Assembly: GCA_030141605.1 (NCBI GenBank)
Contig: JAQGDQ010001185.1
Span: 1 to 56,945, forward strand
From: Tubiluchus corallicola
Taxonomy: Eukaryota; Animalia; Priapulida
Length of the DNA stretch: 56,945 bases
Direction of reading: 5' to 3'
In this document: one piece after another, positions 52,069 to 56,945 of the stretch
How positions within the stretch are numbered: position 1 is the stretch's first letter
Layout of the letters: every line of letters begins with the position of its first letter
Notes under the pieces: model-generated
The model's database searches: none
Seen by the model: the letters and a program-made list of their open reading frames with translations, nothing else
Told to the model about the DNA's origin: nothing
Position numbers and translations under genes: made by a program

Positions 52069-52469
52069 ATCTACTTGGGACACGAGTGACATTTATGACG
52101 TCATTCGCCAAGAAGAACAAAGTGATTAAATGTTTGAGTCCCTTTAACACATCAAAAGCATTGTGTGATCTCTTATTGCCATTACAGCAGAGCTTTCTGT
52201 TTCAACGTTTGTATTGTCTATGATAACCACTATTAGAATTAGAAGGCAACTTCTAAATCTAGATTAATTTCTATTTTGCACTTTTTCTAAACCTTCATGC
52301 TGTTTGGAAAGCTCATCTGTACCTAGCGCAAGTTTCTTGCAACTACTCTTGCTGTAAGTGTTGAAGCAGATGATACGGAGATGATTATTAATCATCAGAT
52401 GATACGGAGAATAATTAAAATATCCATAGAAAAACTGCAACTGTGACGCAATCTATAGTTTTGTGTGTC

Positions 52470-53383
52470 ACGCAGTCTGCAGCAAAGTACAGTCTGTAAC
52501 AACGTGCAGTCTGACAACAACGTGCAGTCTGACAACAACGTGCTGTCTGTAGCTAAGTACAGTCCGTAACAAAGTGCAGTCTGACAACAACGTGCTGTCT
52601 GTAGCTAAGTGCAGTCTGAAACAAAGTGAATTCTGTAACAAAGTGAAGTCTGTAACAAAGTGAAGTCAGTAGCAAAGTACAGTCCGATGCAAAGTGCAGT
52701 CTGACAGCAAAGTGCATTTTGACAACAAAGTACAGTCTGACAACAAAGCGCAGTCTGTAGCAAAGTACAGTCCGTAACAAAGTGCAGTCTGACAACAAAG
52801 TGCATTTTGACAACAAAGTACAGTCTGTAACAAAGTGCAGTCTGACAACAAAGTGCAGTTTAACAACAAAGTGCAGTCTCTAGCAAAGTACAGTCTGTAA
52901 CAAAGTGCATTTTGACAACAAAGTACAGTCTGACAACAAAGAGCAGTCTGTAGCAAAGTACAGTCCGTAACAAAGTGCAGTCTGACAACAAAGTGCATTT
53001 TGACAACAAAGTACAGTCTGTAACAAAGTGCAGTCTGACAACAAAGTGCAGTTTAACAACAAAGTGCAGTCTCTAGCAAAGTACAGTCTGTAACAAAGTG
53101 CATTTTGACAACAAAGTACAGTCTGACAACAAAGAGCAGTCTGTAGCAAAGTACAGTCCGTAACAAAGTGCAGTCTGACAACAAAGTGCATTTTGACAAC
53201 AAAGTACAGTCTGTAACAAAGTGCAGTCTGACAACAAAGTGCAGTTTAACAACAAAGTGCAGTCTCTCAGTCTGTAGCAAAGTACAGTCCGTAACAAAGT
53301 ACAGTCTGTAACAAAGTGCAGTCTGACAACAAAGTACAGTCAGACAACAAAGTACAGTCTGACAACAAAGTACAGTCTGACAC
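52470..53383. repeat. 17/18-bp minisatellite with a 193-bp higher-order repeat
   Basis: Units ACAACAAAGTGCAGTCTG and TAACAAAGTACAGTCTG; matching ORF starts at 52805, 52998 and 53191. Confidence 0.94.
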
Positions 53384-53544
53384 TCAACCAGTTTGATTAC
53401 AAAAAATGTTAACAATATTGCCATTCAAGCACAAGAAAACACCCTTCACAATGGAACTTAAAAAAATTCGTCTTGAAATTTTATATCACTTACATGCTGT
53501 CATATTGAATACAGACCATATATTAGCAAAAAAGCTTTATAAAA

Positions 53545-53930
53545 CTTGTAAATTTAAGTTCCAGCGATTACCGCTAGGAGCAGCCATTTTAACAGTAAGC
53601 CGCTTGAAACAAGTTTAGATAGCATTGTGTAAAGTTTAAAAAATGATCAGAACATTCGTAGTACACTCCTCTCAACTAAACAAAATGCAAATTACTATAA
53701 AATTTTGTCAGTGAGGTTAAAATACGCTTTTTTGGTGAGTCAGTGATGCACGCTGGGAAAGTGAGTGACATTTTACCTGTTGGCGCAAACATTTTAAATT
53801 ATTAAGATTTTTTTTCTAGTTAAGCAACTGTTTCTAGCAGGCAAGCGTAAGCCTAGCACTAGGTAATATAACTTTGTGTGGAAAGTTTTTTGGGAGGTAC
53901 ATTAAAATTGCCCTTTCTTACCATTTAACG
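53545..53930 (+). mobile_element. MITE family B copy without an internal array
   Basis: Colinear with 10908-11290. Confidence 0.65.
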
Positions 53931-54121
53931 TCTTTTTCTATAGAAAAGCACAGGATTATCTTTTAGGCGCAAATATGGTAGCAATACATGTTATGGATTT
54001 GTAATGACTGGTATTTTATTTAGAGCAGTTCTCGTGAATGAAATGTAATAATTGGCGAAAAAATGTCGAATTCCACTTCGTGTTGTCAGATCCTATTTCA
54101 GTGGGGGAGTGGGGATACTGC

Positions 54122-54203
54122 CTCCTCTCTCCCTCTCTCTCTCTCCCTCTCTTTCTCTCTCTCTCTCTCTCTCTCCCTCTCTCTCTCTCTCCCTCTCTTT
54201 CTC

Positions 54204-54277
<74 letters not shown>

Positions 54278-54293
54278 GCTCTCTCTCTCTCTC
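54122..54293. repeat. (CT)n microsatellite
   Basis: Direct reading. Confidence 0.96.
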
Positions 54294-54999
54294 TTGCCGT
54301 ACGCGCGCCATTTTCCAGTATTGACAAGTATTAAGGACTGGTCTTGAGAATAAAGCAGTTTTTCTTTCAATTGTTCTTTCCTTTAACAACTGTATAACTC
54401 CATATTTTCTCTTCGAAAATGCTTCTCCGGCTTTCTAGCAGTTCAAAAATTTTCTGGGCGTCAACTATGGTGGCGCCCGCCCCCCGGCGGTTCATCACCC
54501 CCCCCCCCCAGGAGGCCCCACACGCCCCACTTCCCCGGGTCTCGCTTAGGCTGAAATAGGCGCTGCGTGTAGTGGAACTAAAATCATTCTACGAAATTAC
54601 AGAAATCAGAGCGTACGCCAACAATGTTGATTCCACGCTCTACGCACGCCAGGTCGTAGTGACGTCATGTCCAGCAACTATGGAAGGTCAAGCGTGCAAT
54701 AATAATAAAGGCGGCGAGGATGATTTTACTCGCAATGATTCCGTTATAGTGAGCAAAAAGGTGAAGGGAGGTTAGAGCTCCCCGAAAGAAGAGGAGTGTT
54801 GTGAAATTTGTGGATACGGTTCGTTGGTAAGTTTACTTTGGCCATTGTGATACTTCCTTTGTGTGAATGCGCATTTTAGGAAATGAGGCAGTATGTGGCT
54901 TTTACGAAATATTTCAATTTATCGTAGTAGATCAATTATATATATATATATATATATACACATATATATATATATATGTATATAATATTATATATAATA

Positions 55000-55520
55000 T
55001 ATAATAATCTTTATTTGCCATAAAAAATCCATATTCATAACTATAAAAGCATAAAAGAACATCGCAGCATGAGAATAAAATTCACACAACTGTTAAAGGC
55101 AAATGCGTCCAGTGCAAACTAAAAACTACTGTGCCAAAAAATTAAAACAAAATATACATTATAATGTTACACGCAAATTATAATAGACTATATACAATAT
55201 ATACATACAATTTAAAATGGACGTGGGTAAATAAAATTTGTGGATGAATATATATTATCGTTTACGTATGTTGGGTTTTCAAAACGATTTAATGTATGTA
55301 TTTTTAATTTTGATTTGAATTCGTCGAAAGACTTGATTTGTTTTAAATTTGATGGCAGGGTATTCCAAAGTTGAACTCCTTGTTTAGTTATAGAATGGTT
55401 GCCGTATTTGTTATTAGTGCGTATTTGTTTAATATTGTGTGTTCTTGGATTTAATGTTGGCTCCAAGAGGAGTGGAAGCTCATTTTTGATGAAGGGCGTG
55501 TTAATATTGTTGATGTATTT
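55000..55520 (-). mobile_element. LINE 3' end, diverged subfamily of family C
   Basis: Translates IKQIRTNNKYGNHSITKQGVQLWNTLPSNLKQIKSFDEFKSKLK. Shares AAGGCAAATGCGTC..AGTGCAAA..ACTACTGTGC and a (TA)n end with family C. Confidence 0.85.
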
Positions 55521-55924
55521 GTTTTAATCTGTTTATTTCAATTTAATCTAATTTAATTCAAGTAATTCGTTACGTTAACGTTAATTAACGTTAATCAACT
55601 TAGTAGTTAAATTAGTAATCATTTGGTTTACTGAATTTCTCTTCTGTTTATCAGAGGAGCTCATAAGCAAAGACAGCCAAGTTTTATTTACCCTTAATAC
55701 GTTTAATTCAATTAATGAAATTCTATTGTTTTATATTTCTGCTAGAAACCAATTTGGATAGTCCTTAAACTCATCTTTACAAATGAATTATAAGTTTCAG
55801 TTCAACGTTATTATAGAAAAAACAATCAAAAAAGACAGTTCAATTAAGTTAATTTCTGTGAAATTAGCTTAATTCACGCAGGTTCATAATGTGTTTTTTC
55901 TACTTGAAACTCTAATATATATAT

Positions 55925-56310
55925 ATATAATAATCTTTATTTGCCATTAAAATACATTGATAATCACTGATAAAAACTTTACAGAGATGATCAATCAGTG
56001 TTAGTTAATAAAAACTTACACTGCTAAAGGCAAATGCGTCAGTGCAATCTAAACTACTGTGCAGTAATGGAAAGCAACGACGAATAAAATCAAACATATT
56101 TACAACTATGCACAAAAAAATGAAAAACTATGATTTAATTAATATGGCCGTGGATATGTGAATTCTGAATTAGTGTGTATGTTGTCGTACTGGTGTGATG
56201 GTATTTCATATCTGGTTAATATTAGTGATTTTAATTTTGTTTTAAATGCTGATAGGGACTTGATTTGTTTCACCTGTAACGGTAGAGAATTCCAAAGTAG
56301 AATTGCTTGT
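55925..56310 (-). mobile_element. LINE 3' end, family C, copy 3
   Basis: Highly similar to 26248-26610 and to the reverse complement of 35676-36048. Confidence 0.85.
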
Positions 56311-56429
56311 TGCTCTAAGTTTATTGTCTAATTAAAATTGGAAGAATTCTTCATCAATATTTTTGTTATCGATGTATGTTGTTCACTGTGGCAAACGTTG
56401 TAAATACGTTTATGTCGCAGTCATGCTTG

Positions 56430-56945
56430 CAGCATGTACAACGCCTTATGCTGAGGCTACAACAAATCATGCTGTGGCTATATTGAACAACAAATTATGT
56501 TGTTGCAGCATCGTACAACACCTTATGCTGTGGCCACGTTGAACAACAAATTATGTTGTTGCAGCATCGTACAACACCTTATGCTGTGGCTACATCGAAC
56601 AACATATTATGTTGTTGCAGCATCGTACAACACCTTATACTGTAGCTACATTGAACAACAAATTATGTTGTTGCAGCATCGTACAACAGCTTATGCTGTG
56701 GCTACATTGAACAACAAATTATGTTGTTGCAGCATCGTAAAACAGCTTATGCTGTGGCTACATTGAACAACAAATTATGTTGTTGCAGCATCGTAAAACA
56801 GCTTATGCTGTAGCTACATTGAACAACAAATTATGTTGTTGCAGCATCGTAAAACAGCTTATGCTGTAGCTACATTGAACAACAAATTATGTTGTTGCAG
56901 CATCGTACAACACCTTATGCTGTAGCTACATTGAACAACATATTA
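56430..56945. repeat. 56-bp (2 x 28) palindrome-rich minisatellite, running off the window end
   Basis: Unit GAACAACAAATTATGTTGTTGCAGCATCGTACAACACCTTATGCTGTGGCTACATT. Confidence 0.95.

Overview
This is AT-rich, repeat-dense animal genomic DNA, not prokaryotic; an invertebrate source is my inference. Three protein-coding genes can be built by hand. (1) A secreted, bacterial-type GHL10 (YngK/YddW-DigH-like) glycoside hydrolase on the minus strand, with 3 exons (13277-13232, 10543-10377, 8127-7099; 413 aa), a signal peptide and two GT-AG introns. (2) An NDNF (neuron-derived neurotrophic factor/Nord) orthologue on the plus strand, with 3 coding exons (23540-23736, 36142-36296, 41855-43185; 560 aa). 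(3) An intronless type II membrane class I SAM-dependent methyltransferase with a Cys-rich EGF-like stem (47703-46627, minus; 358 aa). The rest is microsatellites, many minisatellite arrays, MITEs (Harbinger-like, hAT-like, foldback-like), 5'-truncated LINE 3' ends, probable solo LTRs and degenerate SINE heads. Several minisatellites are local amplifications of an internal piece of a transposon, and for two families unamplified sister copies lie elsewhere in the window. No CRISPR array or intact transposase/RT is present. Family assignments come from motif recognition, not database searches.
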